Shown: positions 27,787 to 37,649, numbered from the stretch's first letter. The stretch: DNA of 64,000 nt from Deltaproteobacteria bacterium (GCA_016234855.1 JACRNO010000079.1:3503-67502), one strand, 5' to 3'. A program made the numbers and translations. The notes: generated from the letters alone by a model not told the origin.

Positions 27787-27901
27787 TGTGCGCTCGTGTG
27801 CGCTTGTGCGCTAACGTAATGCTTTTAGCGCCTAACATTATGTCTTCGGCGCAACGTTATGTATTTAGCGCCGTGTGCGCTAACGTTATGTCCTTGGCGC
27901 C
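27787..27901. repeat. tandem array of four degenerate 20-29-bp hairpin units (gcgcTAACGTTATGyyTTnGCGCC) in the pheA-hisC intergenic region
   Basis: Units: gtgcgctaacgtaatgcttttagcgcc / taacattatgtcttcggcgc / aacgttatgtatttagcgcc / gtgtgcgctaacgttatgtccttggcgcc. The same motif occurs inside the MITE at 22706-22733. Confidence 0.7.
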
Positions 27902-27951
27902 TTTTTCAAAGGGGGAAGTTCAAGCCCTGAGCTGCATACCAACCACGGCCC

Positions 27952-29088
27952 TTAACACGACTTGGGATACGAACCGAGTATCTTGAGGAACGAGCAGGCG
28001 CCCTCAAGTTCGGCAAGCGCGTCTTTGAGCTTCTTGTCGTTTATATGGCCGTCGAGGTCGACGAAGAAGACGTACTCCCATGCCTTCGTCTTGATCGGCC
28101 TCGACTCTATCTTCGTCAGGTTTATATGCCTGCGGGCAAAGGGCTTCAACATCTGATAGAGCGCGCCAGGCGCGTCTCTTATCGCAAAGAGTATCGACGT
28201 CTTGTCGTTGCCGGACGCCGATGCCTGGGTCTTGCCGATGACGAGAAAACGCGTGAAGTTGTTGGCGTTGTCCTCGATATGGTTCTCCACGACCTTGAGG
28301 TTATATAGGCTTGCGGCCGCCGCGCTCGCTATAGCGGCCACCGTCGCATCCTCGGCGGCCATCTGCGCCCCGAGGGCGGTTGACGAGAGGTCAACGACCA
28401 CGGCGTTGGGCAGGTTATCCTTGAGCCAGTACTTGCACTGGGCTATGGCGTGAGGCCGCGAGCAGACCTTGCGCACGTCGGAAAGACGACCTGTTTTATT
28501 AAGGAGCGCCATGGTCACCGGTATCATCACCTCGGCGCTGATCCTCAGATGGGACGTGATGAGCATGTCGAGAGTGTGCGTGACCACGCCCTCGCTGGAA
28601 TTTTCTATGGGCACGACGCCGAAGTCGGCGCGGTCCTTCTCAACGTCCTCGAAGACGTCCGAGATGTCCTTCTTGGGGATAAACTCGGCGGACGAGCCGA
28701 AGTGTTGCATGGAGGCCTCGTGCGTAAAGGTCGCCGTAGGCCCGAGAAACGCCACGCACAGCGGCCTTTCAAGCGAGCGGCACGCGCTCATGACCTCGCG
28801 GAATACGCTCTTCACGGCGGTGTCGGCAAGCGGGCCGGTGTTGGCTTCGCCGAGCCTCTTGTAGACCTGCTGCTCGCGCTCCGGCACATAGACAGCCTTC
28901 TTCTCTTTTGCCTTGGCCCGGCCGATTTCAACGGCGAAAGACGCGCGGGTGTTGAGCAGACGTAGCATCTCGGTGTCTATTTCGTCAATCCGCTCGCGCA
29001 GCTTGTCGATAGAGACCGTTGATGACGCCTTGGGAGACGGTTTTGCGGCGCGGCCGGAAGGCCGCGTGGATACTGGTTTTTTCTTCAT
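27952..29088 (-). CDS. pheA: bifunctional chorismate mutase / prephenate dehydratase (P-protein)
   Basis: 378 aa with chorismate mutase, prephenate dehydratase and ACT domains. Chorismate mutase: EIDTEMLRLLNTRASFAVEIGRAK. Prephenate dehydratase: VAFLGPTATFTHEA. Confidence 0.9.
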   Translation of the reverse strand: MKKKPVSTRPSGRAAKPSPKASSTVSIDKLRERIDEIDTEMLRLLNTRASFAVEIGRAKAKEKKAVYVPEREQQVYKRLGEANTGPLADTAVKSVFREVMSACRSLERPLCVAFLGPTATFTHEASMQHFGSSAEFIPKKDISDVFEDVEKDRADFGVVPIENSSEGVVTHTLDMLITSHLRISAEVMIPVTMALLNKTGRLSDVRKVCSRPHAIAQCKYWLKDNLPNAVVVDLSSTALGAQMAAEDATVAAIASAAAASLYNLKVVENHIEDNANNFTRFLVIGKTQASASGNDKTSILFAIRDAPGALYQMLKPFARRHINLTKIESRPIKTKAWEYVFFVDLDGHINDKKLKDALAELEGACSFLKILGSYPKSC

Positions 29089-29310
29089 ATACCGGTTCGG
29101 GCGCGCAAGGACGATTTAATATTTAAGATTATGCCATTTACCGGTAAAAATCAACTTATATTTGGCGGGGTTCGGCATGAACGGAGCGGCGGGCCTGTTC
29201 TGACTTAAACTATGGATAGAAATCGTATAAGGCGTGTGCCCAAACACAAAAAAAGGCGGCGGCTCAACACAGAGTCCGCCGCCTTAAGCTAAATTACGCA
29301 GACACTTCGC

Positions 29311-29763
29311 CTATTCCACCTTGAAGCTGACGCTTTTGAGTACCTTGCCGTTGGCGTCGCGGACATCAACCCTCCAGTTACCCCTGAGCCCGTTTATCGT
29401 CTTGTTGGCGTAAGTCCTCCACCTGGGCCCCTGCTTAAGCGTCACGCTGGTAGCCCTCATCTCCTTGTCTCCAAGATACCATACAAACTCGGCGTCGGTA
29501 TCAACGCTAACGTCCTTCACCTCAAGAAAGCAATACGCCTTGTCGGTCGAGGCCGGCAGGACGTCCACGATATCGACCGGTTCCCTGTCCTTGACGTCCT
29601 TTGCAATGACAAGACGAACGACGGTAAACAACTCCGGCTTCGCGTCGGCCTTTACCGCGGGCGCTGGCGCGGCCGCCTTATCTTCTGAATAGGCCGGAGA
29701 AAGACCTCCATATACCAGTATCGCAAAAAAAGCCGGTAGAATGATAATATTACACAGTCGCAT
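29311..29763 (-). CDS. secreted hypothetical protein, possibly DUF2914-like
   Basis: 150 aa. Signal peptide. C-terminal W..G...R.W..V..A.G pattern (FVWYLGDKEM...LRGNWRVDVRDANGKVL). Confidence 0.4.
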   Translation of the reverse strand: MRLCNIIILPAFFAILVYGGLSPAYSEDKAAAPAPAVKADAKPELFTVVRLVIAKDVKDREPVDIVDVLPASTDKAYCFLEVKDVSVDTDAEFVWYLGDKEMRATSVTLKQGPRWRTYANKTINGLRGNWRVDVRDANGKVLKSVSFKVE

Positions 29764-29861
29764 GGCTACCCCTTTTGAAACGTTTTTTTATGATAATAAT
29801 GGATTATGGAATGATTCTATCACGCAACAGAGGGTTGTCAAGCGATGTCCGGCGGGTGGAG

Positions 29862-29882
29862 TGAACTCCCCCCTTTAGAAAA
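29862..29882. repeat. perfect 9-bp G/C hairpin ccccccttt-agaa-aagggggg
   Basis: Read from the sequence. Lies downstream of accA. No U-tail. Confidence 0.6.
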
Positions 29883-29949
29883 GGGGGGTTGGGGGGATTT
29901 GAGAGAGGCCGGAGAGCATTCGTAAAAGACCCATTTGAGATTATCAAAC

Positions 29950-30915
29950 CTATTTGCGCTCGGCAAAGACCCCCATGGCGCGGAACTTTTCATAGCGCAA
30001 CCCGACGAGGTCTTCGGGCGTGAGTTCCCTAAGCTCCGCCAGCGTGTCTATAAAGACTGTCTTGAGGTTCTTGTATGCGGTCTCAGGCTCCCTGTGCGCG
30101 CCGCCGACCGGCTCTTTTACAATCCTGTCTATGACCCCGAGCTTCAATAGTTCTGCCGCGTCTATCTTCAACGCCTTTGCCGCGAGGTCGGCCTTTGATG
30201 CGTCCTTCCAGAGTATGGCCGCGCACCCTTCCGGCGAGATGACCGAATAGGTCGAGAACTCCATCATCAACACCCTGTCCGCGACCCCTATGGCGAGCGC
30301 GCCGCCGCTGCCGCCCTCTCCTATGACCGTAGCTATGACCGGCACGCGAAGCGTTGACATCCGCATGAGGTTCGCGGCAATGGCCTCGGCCTGACCGCGC
30401 TCCTCAGCGCCTATGCCGGGATAGGCCCCGGGGGTGTCGATGAACGTGAATATCGGTCTGCCGAACCGCTCCGCAAGCTCCATCATCCGAAGCGCCTTTC
30501 TGTAGCCCTCGGGGTGCGGCATGCCGAAGTTCCTGTGGACCTTCTCCTTGGTATTCCGGCCCTTCTGCTGGCCCATGACGACCACGGCCGTTTCGCCGAG
30601 TTTGGCCAGACCGCAGACTATGGCCGGATCGTCCTTAAAAGCCCTGTCGCCGTGAAGCTCGACAAACTCCGTAAAGACGTTTTGTATGTAATCGAGCGTA
30701 TAGGGCCTGTCCTGGTGCCTCGCCACCTGAGTCACCTGCGACGGCGTGAGCTTCGAGTAGAGGTCTTTCAACGCGTGCCGGACCTTTTTATCGAGCTTGG
30801 CGATCTCCGCTGCGGAGCGCTCCTGCCCTTCGGTATTATAAGAGAGCAGTTCCGCAAGCCTCTTTTCCGCTTCCTCAACCGGCTTTTCAAACTCAAGCCA
30901 ATGCCTGCATATCAT
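29950..30915 (-). CDS. accA: acetyl-CoA carboxylase carboxyltransferase subunit alpha
   Basis: Contains RFGRPIFTFIDTPGAYPGIGAEERGQAEAIA. Start placed at the internal ATG (MICRHWLEFEKP). Confidence 0.9.
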   Translation of the reverse strand: MICRHWLEFEKPVEEAEKRLAELLSYNTEGQERSAAEIAKLDKKVRHALKDLYSKLTPSQVTQVARHQDRPYTLDYIQNVFTEFVELHGDRAFKDDPAIVCGLAKLGETAVVVMGQQKGRNTKEKVHRNFGMPHPEGYRKALRMMELAERFGRPIFTFIDTPGAYPGIGAEERGQAEAIAANLMRMSTLRVPVIATVIGEGGSGGALAIGVADRVLMMEFSTYSVISPEGCAAILWKDASKADLAAKALKIDAAELLKLGVIDRIVKEPVGGAHREPETAYKNLKTVFIDTLAELRELTPEDLVGLRYEKFRAMGVFAERK

Positions 30916-30935
30916 GGTCTGTCTCTCCTTAAAAA

Positions 30936-31006
30936 CGGTTATCGGTGTACGGTTATCGGTTATCGGCAAGACTACATTTTTACGGATAACAGATAACTGA
31001 TAACCG
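30936..31006. repeat. GTTATC-heptad palindrome (cggttatcggtgtacggttatcggttatcgg ... cggataacagataactgataaccg) between the dnaE stop and the accA start
   Basis: Inverted arms made of tandem GTTATCN heptads. The same family recurs at 61143-61169 and 61819-61880. Confidence 0.75.
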
Positions 31007-31007
31007 T

Positions 31008-34000
31008 TCAGGCGACCTTAACCTCTGCATCCAGCGTCTCGCGTATCCGCACGAACGCCTCTTCCACCGGGTTTATCTTCAATTCGTCATCCACGGCGAT
31101 TATGACCTCCCTGCCGTTGCCGGTAACGTGCAGCAGTACGGCGGAGGTGCCGGGATTCGCCATTATGATATCCCGCAGCCGCGTAAGCCTGTCGGCATTC
31201 AACCCCTCGGCAGGGGCCGTGACGTGTGTATTCCTTACCTTAATCCTGCCCGGGTTCGTCTTCATCTCGTCCAGGTACGCACCCTCCGAGGCCACGAGCT
31301 TGACGTCATCCGCATCCTTCTTGTCGATGGTCCCGGTGATGAGCACCGGCCTGTCGGCGGTGCGCAAGTCCAGGAGCCTTCTGTAAATATCGGCGAAGAG
31401 CACCACCTCGATTGAACCTGTCTCGTCTTCTATGCGGCAAAAGGCCATGCGCTCGCCCTTCTTCGTGGTTATCTCCTTCGTCTCAGCGGCTAATCCAGCA
31501 ATGGTTACCGTGACCCTGTCGGCCATCTCGCGCACGTCAGCGATTGAGACGGTGGCGTATGCCTCCAACTCAGCCTTATAACCCGAAAGAGGGTGTGAAG
31601 AGAAGTAAAAACCGAGCGTCTCCTTCTCAAAGCGCAAGAGCTCTTTCTCGCTCGCCGCCGCAACGGCTGGCGCGCTCACGACCGGCAATACCGATTTCGC
31701 AACGGAAGCCGGTGCATTGCCAAGCATATCGAATATGGACTTTTGTCCTTGTTCACGGTCGCGCTGTATCCCCTCTGCCGTGCTTGAAGCCTCTTCAAGC
31801 GAAGCGAGCAGACCGAGACGCCCCTCGTTCGTGAAGTCAAACGCCCCGCATTTTATCAGACTCTCGGAGACCTTCTTGTTCACCTTGCGCGTATCGGCGC
31901 GAGAGAGAAAATCGACGAGCGAGGCAAACGGCCCGTCCGCTCGCGCCTTTATCATCTCGTCAATGGCGGAGCCTCCGACGTTCTTTATCGCGCCGAGCCC
32001 GAACCTGATGCGCCCGCCCTCGACGGAGAACTCCCTGATTGAAGCGTTTACGTCCGGCGGGTCGACGGGTATGTTCAACTCAGCGCACTCGTTGAAGTAC
32101 TTGACGACCTTGTCGGTGTCGCCCATGTCGGAGCTCATGAGGGCGGCCATGAACTCCACCGGGTAATAGACCTTGAGCCAGGCCGTCTGATATGCGATAA
32201 GGGCGTAGACCGCGCTGTGGCTCTTGTTAAAACCGTAGCCCGCGAACTTGACGATAAGCTCGAAAATCTTCTCGGCCTTTTTGGGCGGCACGTCCTTCTT
32301 CTTGCAGCCTTCGAGAAAGCGCGTGCGCTGGGCCAGCATGACGTCCGCCTGCTTCTTGCCCATGGCCTTACGCAGGGCATCGGCCTCGCCCGGGGTAAAC
32401 CCGGCCAGCACCCTGGATATCTCCATGACCTGTTCCTGATAGACCATGACCCCGTAGGTCTTGTCAAGTATGGGCTGGAGCTCGTCAAGCTCGTAGATTA
32501 TCCGCGTCCTGCCGTGTTTCCTGTTTATGAAGTCCTCGACCATGCCGCTTTGCAGCGGCCCGGGCCTGTACAGGGCTATCGCGGCCGTGACCTCTTCAAA
32601 GTTCTCGGGCCGGAGTTTCTTCACCATGCTCTTGATGCCGGAGCTCTCAAGCTGGAATATGCCGTTGGTAACGCCGGAGGAGATAAGGGCGTATGGCTTG
32701 GGGTCGTCGAGCGGGATGGAGTCGATGTCAAGCGCAACGCCCGTGGAGCGCTTAATCGACTTCACCGCCTTGTCTATGACGGTCAGGGTCTTGAGACCGA
32801 GGAAATCGAATTTGATAAGGCCGACCTTCTCGATCTCCTTCATCGAGAACTGCGTCGTTATGACCTCTTCCTTCTGGCTCTTGTAAAGCGGCAGATACTC
32901 GACGAGCGGCCTGTTGGATATGACGACTCCGGCCGCGTGAGTAGAGGCGTGCCTGGGCAGGCCTTCGAGGGCGATGGCGACTTCCATGAGGTCGGCGACC
33001 TTCGGGTCGTCGTCAACGAGCTTTTTAAGCCTCGGCTCCTTGACAAGGGCCGACTCAAGGGTTATGTCGAGCTCTTCCGGCACGAGCTTGGCAATCCTGT
33101 CCACGTCGCCGTAAGGCATGTCAAGGGCGCGCCCGACGTCGCGGATGCACGCCCTGGCCTTCAACTGGCCGAAAGTGATAATCTGCGTGACGTTATCCGC
33201 GCCGTATTTTTCCGTGACGTATTTTATGACCTCGTCGCGCTGCTCGTAACAGAAGTCTATGTCGATATCAGGCAGGCTTATCCTGTCAGGGTTGAGGAAC
33301 CGCTCGAAGAGAAGGTTATATTTTATCGGGTCGAGGTTTGTTATGCCCAGGGCGTATGCCACGAGGCTTCCTGCGGCTGAGCCGCGCCCCGGGCCAACGG
33401 GTATGTCCCTTGACCTTGCGTGCCTTATAAAGTCCTCGACTATGAGGAAGTAGCCGGGAAACCCCATGCGTTTTATGACGCCTATCTCCTTGTTGAGACG
33501 GTCGAGGTACTGCCACTTTACGGCCTCGACGTCCACGCCGGTATCGGCCATTTTGGCAAGGCGTCTTTCGAACCCGGCATTCGCCTTCGTCTCGAAGACG
33601 GAGTCTATCGTCTCGCCGGACGGCACGGGGAAGTCGGGCAGGTGGTTCTCGCCGAGCTTCATCTCGAAGTTGCACCGCTCGGCGATTTCGATGGTATTCG
33701 TTATGGCCTCAGGCACGTCCCGGAACGCCTCGGTCATCTCCTCGGGCGACTTCACATATAACTGGTCGGTCGAGAACTTCATCCGGTCGGTCGCGTTAAC
33801 GGTCTTGCCGGTCTGGATGCACAGGAGCACGTCGTGCACGCGCGCGTCCTTCTTTTCAAGGTAGTGGCAGTCGTTCGTAGCCACGAGCGGTATGTCGAGA
33901 CTGCGGGCGAGCTCAATCAGACCAACGTTGGCCGCGTCCTGTTCCGGTATGCCGTTCTTCTGGAGCTCGATATAGAAACGCCTGTTGTCGAATATCGCCT

Positions 34001-34502
34001 TGTACTCGGCCGCGGCGGCGTAGGCCCGCTCCCTTTGGCCGGAACCAAGACTATAGGCGAGCTCGCCGTGAAGGCACGCGCTCATGGCGATAAGCCCCTC
34101 GTTGAACTCGGCCAGCAGCTCCTTGTCTATGCGCGGCTTGTAGTAAAAACCTTCGAGGTACGACTTGGTAAGGAGCTTACAGAGGTTCTGATAACCCTTT
34201 GCGTTCTTGACGAGCAGGACAAGATGAAATGCCACGGTTGAGGCGCCACGCGGCCCTGTCGACCTGTCGTGGCGGCTGCCGTTGGCCACGTATGCCTCGC
34301 AGCCGATGATGGGCTTTATGCCGTGCTTCATCGCCTTGGAATAGAAATCGACCGCGCCGAAGATATTGCCGTGGTCGGTCATGGCTACCGCGGGCATCTT
34401 GTAGGTCTGGGCAAGTTTTATGAGCGCATCCGGACGGATGGCGCCGTCAAGGAGACTCCACTGGGTATGGAGATGCAGGTGGACGAAGTTTGAATGGTGC
34501 AT
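31008..34502 (-). CDS. dnaE: DNA polymerase III subunit alpha
   Basis: 1164 aa. PHP domain (HLHTQWSLLDGA), polymerase core and OB fold. Confidence 0.95.
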   Translation of the reverse strand: MHHSNFVHLHLHTQWSLLDGAIRPDALIKLAQTYKMPAVAMTDHGNIFGAVDFYSKAMKHGIKPIIGCEAYVANGSRHDRSTGPRGASTVAFHLVLLVKNAKGYQNLCKLLTKSYLEGFYYKPRIDKELLAEFNEGLIAMSACLHGELAYSLGSGQRERAYAAAAEYKAIFDNRRFYIELQKNGIPEQDAANVGLIELARSLDIPLVATNDCHYLEKKDARVHDVLLCIQTGKTVNATDRMKFSTDQLYVKSPEEMTEAFRDVPEAITNTIEIAERCNFEMKLGENHLPDFPVPSGETIDSVFETKANAGFERRLAKMADTGVDVEAVKWQYLDRLNKEIGVIKRMGFPGYFLIVEDFIRHARSRDIPVGPGRGSAAGSLVAYALGITNLDPIKYNLLFERFLNPDRISLPDIDIDFCYEQRDEVIKYVTEKYGADNVTQIITFGQLKARACIRDVGRALDMPYGDVDRIAKLVPEELDITLESALVKEPRLKKLVDDDPKVADLMEVAIALEGLPRHASTHAAGVVISNRPLVEYLPLYKSQKEEVITTQFSMKEIEKVGLIKFDFLGLKTLTVIDKAVKSIKRSTGVALDIDSIPLDDPKPYALISSGVTNGIFQLESSGIKSMVKKLRPENFEEVTAAIALYRPGPLQSGMVEDFINRKHGRTRIIYELDELQPILDKTYGVMVYQEQVMEISRVLAGFTPGEADALRKAMGKKQADVMLAQRTRFLEGCKKKDVPPKKAEKIFELIVKFAGYGFNKSHSAVYALIAYQTAWLKVYYPVEFMAALMSSDMGDTDKVVKYFNECAELNIPVDPPDVNASIREFSVEGGRIRFGLGAIKNVGGSAIDEMIKARADGPFASLVDFLSRADTRKVNKKVSESLIKCGAFDFTNEGRLGLLASLEEASSTAEGIQRDREQGQKSIFDMLGNAPASVAKSVLPVVSAPAVAAASEKELLRFEKETLGFYFSSHPLSGYKAELEAYATVSIADVREMADRVTVTIAGLAAETKEITTKKGERMAFCRIEDETGSIEVVLFADIYRRLLDLRTADRPVLITGTIDKKDADDVKLVASEGAYLDEMKTNPGRIKVRNTHVTAPAEGLNADRLTRLRDIIMANPGTSAVLLHVTGNGREVIIAVDDELKINPVEEAFVRIRETLDAEVKVA

Positions 34503-34858
34503 TGAATTACAATTTCCTCAAATACGGCATAGCTGAATAGAGTAGTGTACGGTAAAAGCCGCTAAATTGATGGAATTGAACGCGCATCTGTTTGATGGGC
34601 TTCACTTCGTTCAAGCCATCCTACAGGGCTAAGGAAGACAGGTCAACGATGAGACTCATGCCTGTGCGCGGGCATCAAGACGCAGATACCCAGCCCCTGG
34701 GATTACTCCGAGAATTTATATATCAGATTAACATATTTCGGACTTATTGGATAGAAAGTTATGTCTCAACGGCAGGCAAGAATAGTCAGCCTTCCAACAG
34801 GCTGCTGCAAAAGATAAAGATTGGCTATAGCAGCTCAGGGTTTTAACCCTGAATACAA

Positions 34859-34890
34859 CCGTGGCGTCAGGAGTTTCCTCCTGACGCCCT
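34859..34890. repeat. third, half copy of the ggcgtcaggag-tttc-ctcctgacgcc REP hairpin
   Basis: Identical to the first hairpin of the 21606 and 21748 units. Confidence 0.75.
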
Positions 34891-34920
34891 ACGCAAAGAC
34901 GGCAGGGCTGAAGCCCTGTG

Positions 34921-35520
34921 CTACGTTAGCTTATGTCTGAGCGCAAACCACGCCTTTAACCTTACAAGCGCGCGGCCCCTGTGGCTTATCGCGTTCTTCT
35001 CATCCGGCGTAAGCTCGGCGGCTGTGCGGCCTTTTTCCGGTATGAAAAAGACCGGGTCGTAGCCGAAGCCGTTCGCGCCGGACGGTGAAAAGGCAATCTC
35101 GCCATCGAGAGCGCCCTCGAAGGTCATGGTTGCGCCGCCAGGCATAACAAGGGCTATCGCGCACCTGAAGCGAGCCGCTCTCGCGCCTTTGGGAACCCCC
35201 TCCATATCGGCAAGGAGCTTGGTGTAGTTGGCCTCGTCGCCGGCGCCCTCACCCGCATACCTCGCGGAGCGCACGCCGGGCCGCCCCCCGAGCGCATCCA
35301 CCTCAAGGCCGGAATCATCGGCCAAAGCGCCCGCGCCGAAACGCTCGGAGACGAACCGGGCCTTTGCAATGGCGTTATCCGGAAACGTCTCACCGGTCTC
35401 TTCCGGTAATTGCACGGCGCTCAGGTCGGCCAACGATATTATCTCGACTCCGCAGCCGGACAAAAGGCTGCGTATCTCGGCCGTCTTGCCCTTGTTGGTT
35501 GTAGCGAGGATTATCTTCAT
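34921..35520 (-). CDS. rdgB: non-canonical purine NTP pyrophosphatase (RdgB/HAM1, ITPase)
   Basis: 199 aa. Starts MKIILATTNKGKTAEI. Confidence 0.9.
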   Translation of the reverse strand: MKIILATTNKGKTAEIRSLLSGCGVEIISLADLSAVQLPEETGETFPDNAIAKARFVSERFGAGALADDSGLEVDALGGRPGVRSARYAGEGAGDEANYTKLLADMEGVPKGARAARFRCAIALVMPGGATMTFEGALDGEIAFSPSGANGFGYDPVFFIPEKGRTAAELTPDEKNAISHRGRALVRLKAWFALRHKLT

Positions 35521-35618
35521 GAATTGGCAAAGCGCGGCAGGATGGATTGTTTGTTTTCTTCATTTTCACCGTTCCCACGCTCCAGCGTCTCATGAGTACG
35601 CGGCCAGACACCAACCTG

Positions 35619-35840
35619 TCAGCCTCTTATCAGCCCTTCCAAAGCCTCTTTAGTCAACCCGCATTGCTTCATGATACCGAGAAGCGTCCCCTTGGCAAGT
35701 TCACTATGGACAGGGACCACTGTCTTATAGTCTTCCTTTTGAAGACTTACATGGCTTCCTTTTTGGCGCACCACGATAAACCCCGCCTTCTTCAGGAGTT
35801 TTATGAGTTCTTCCCCTGACAAGACAGGAAGCTTAGGCAT
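35619..35840 (-). CDS. hicA: type II toxin HicA (mRNA interferase)
   Basis: 73 aa. GFIVVRQKGSHVSL..TVVPVH...LAKGTLLGIMKQ is the HicA/YcfA pattern. Confidence 0.8.
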   Translation of the reverse strand: MPKLPVLSGEELIKLLKKAGFIVVRQKGSHVSLQKEDYKTVVPVHSELAKGTLLGIMKQCGLTKEALEGLIRG

Positions 35841-36060
35841 TAACGGCTACCTCAAGCGGATAGAATACAACCTCACCGGTGTTTTGCGGCAGGTCTTCTG
35901 TCCCAAAACTTTCAAGATATAACTCGACGGCCTCCTTCAGGTTCGCCTGCGCCTCTTCAATGGTCTTGCCCTGGCTCACCACGCCCAATTCAACACAGTG
36001 GGCGACATACCATCCTTCTTCCTTTATTATGACGGCTGTAAATCTTCTGGACATAGACAC
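35833..36060 (-). CDS. hicB: HicB antitoxin (UPF0150 family)
   Basis: 75 aa. FTAVIIKEEGWYVAHCVELGVVSQGKTIEEAQANLKEAVELYLE. Overlaps hicA by 8 bp. Confidence 0.75.
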   Translation of the reverse strand: MSMSRRFTAVIIKEEGWYVAHCVELGVVSQGKTIEEAQANLKEAVELYLESFGTEDLPQNTGEVVFYPLEVAVNA

Positions 36061-36106
36061 CCCCTGTATACCTTGACGGGCTTCGTGCCTCAGCCCATCT
36101 ACGCGA

Positions 36107-36883
36107 CTACGACCGCCTCGCTATCAGCCTCTGCTGCATGGCCGCAAGCTCTGCCGCGCCCTTTGCCCCGAGGTCAAGGAGCGCGTTGAGTTCGTCCCTG
36201 CTGAAGGCCGATATCTCGGCCGTGCCCTGAACCTCGACGAACCTGCCGCCGCCGGTCATGACGATGTTCATGTCAACGCCGGCGCGGGAGTCCTCGTCGT
36301 AATTAAGGTCGAGGCACGGCACGCCGTTGACGATGCCCACGCTCACGGCAGAGACGCTGTCGGTCTTCGCTGTCGAGCGCATGACGCCGTCGGCCACAAG
36401 CCTTGCCAGAGTGTCATGAACCGCCAGAAAGGCGCCGGTGATGGCGGCCGTGCGCGTGCCGCCGTCGGCCTGTATAACGTCGCAATCGACGTAGATGGTG
36501 CGCTCGCCGAAGAGCGAGAGGTCGAAGACCGCGCGCAGGCTCCTGCCTATGAGGCGCTGTATCTCATGCGTCCTGCCGCCCACCCTGCCGGTGGAGGATT
36601 CGCGCTGTATGCGCTTTTTTGACGAGCGCGGGAGCATCGAGTATTCCGCCGTAAGCCAGCCCTTGCCCGAGCCGGCAAGGAACGGCGGCACCCGCTCCTC
36701 GCTGGTGGCCGTGCAGAGCACCTTGGTATCGCCCATCTCGATGAGTACGGCGCCCTCCGCGAACTTCAGATAATCCCTTGTTATGATAACCGGGCGGAGT
36801 TCATCCGGCGCCCTGCCGTCAATCCTTCCTTGCTGTTTTGTTGACAATGCGCCATCCCCTTGAGGTAGTTTTTTTGAAATCAA
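36107..36883 (-). CDS. rph: ribonuclease PH
   Basis: Contains [41 protein letters not shown]. The ORF-track start is a TTG that overlaps amiC by 65 bp, so the true start is probably a downstream alternative codon. Confidence 0.88.
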   Translation of the reverse strand: MISKKLPQGDGALSTKQQGRIDGRAPDELRPVIITRDYLKFAEGAVLIEMGDTKVLCTATSEERVPPFLAGSGKGWLTAEYSMLPRSSKKRIQRESSTGRVGGRTHEIQRLIGRSLRAVFDLSLFGERTIYVDCDVIQADGGTRTAAITGAFLAVHDTLARLVADGVMRSTAKTDSVSAVSVGIVNGVPCLDLNYDEDSRAGVDMNIVMTGGGRFVEVQGTAEISAFSRDELNALLDLGAKGAAELAAMQQRLIARRS

Positions 36884-37649
36884 GTATGCCCTTGGTGATG
36901 GAGTCCGCTATCTTTGCCTGCTCCTTTGCGGACAGGAGTCGCTTCTCCTCTGCGGCATTGGATATGAAGCCTATCTCGACGAGGGCCGCGGGCATCATCG
37001 CGCCGGAAAGCACGGCGAACGGGGCCTGCTTCACGCCGCGGTTCTCCTTGCCGAGCGCCGCGCACAGACTGCCCTGAACCGACTCCGCAAGCACCGAGCT
37101 TTCGTGGTGCGCCTCGGTCCTTGTCAGGTCGTAGAGTATGTCCTTGATATCGATATCGTCGTTCCGTGGCAGGGTTGCGGCGACGTCAGGGGTAACGACG
37201 GCGTTTTCAATGACCGCGAGGTCGCGCGCCTCGTCGTCCGTGGCGTCCACGCTCAGGAAGAAGGTCTCGATGCCGTTGGCCTTCTTCGAGGTCGCGGCGT
37301 TCGAATGTATGCTGATAAAGACGGCGGCGTTATTGTTGTTGGCAAAGACGGCGCGGTCATGAAGCGGCACGAAGGTATCATCGGACCGGGTCATTAGCAC
37401 CTTTATGTCCTGGTGCTTACGCAGGCTCTCGGCGACCTTGAGCGCCACGGCGAGGTTTACGGCCTTCTCCTGCGAGCCGCCCCTGCCCATTGCGCCGGAA
37501 TCATCTCCGCCGTGGCCCGCGTCTATAACGACCACATACGAGACCGGCTCGGCATAAGGCCTGCCGTCGGGACCGACGACGAAGCCGTAAGCTGATGAAA
37601 CGACAAAGACGAATATCGCAATCAGGATGCCCGGTATCAGCCTTCTCAT
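36819..37649 (-). CDS. N-acetylmuramoyl-L-alanine amidase (Amidase_3, AmiC-like)
   Basis: [14 protein letters not shown]...FISIHSNA. Start placed at the ATG at 37649 ([16 protein letters not shown] signal peptide). Confidence 0.8.
   Translation of the reverse strand: MRRLIPGILIAIFVFVVSSAYGFVVGPDGRPYAEPVSYVVVIDAGHGGDDSGAMGRGGSQEKAVNLAVALKVAESLRKHQDIKVLMTRSDDTFVPLHDRAVFANNNNAAVFISIHSNAATSKKANGIETFFLSVDATDDEARDLAVIENAVVTPDVAATLPRNDDIDIKDILYDLTRTEAHHESSVLAESVQGSLCAALGKENRGVKQAPFAVLSGAMMPAALVEIGFISNAAEEKRLLSAKEQAKIADSITKGILDFKKTTSRGWRIVNKTARKD

Noticed and set aside
27787-27901. Possible CRISPR array, suggested by tandem repeats with a regular period
   Set aside because: The units are only 20-29 bp and directly abut one another with no unique spacers. 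They are degenerate rather than identical, no cas genes are nearby, and the motif also occurs inside the MITE at 22706-22733.
27905-27935. tRNA-like T-arm in ggggaagttcaagccctgagctgcatacca
   Set aside because: No complementary 5-bp T-stem and no acceptor or anticodon stems can be built. No tRNA, rRNA, tmRNA, RNase P or SRP RNA signatures were found in any intergenic region that was read.
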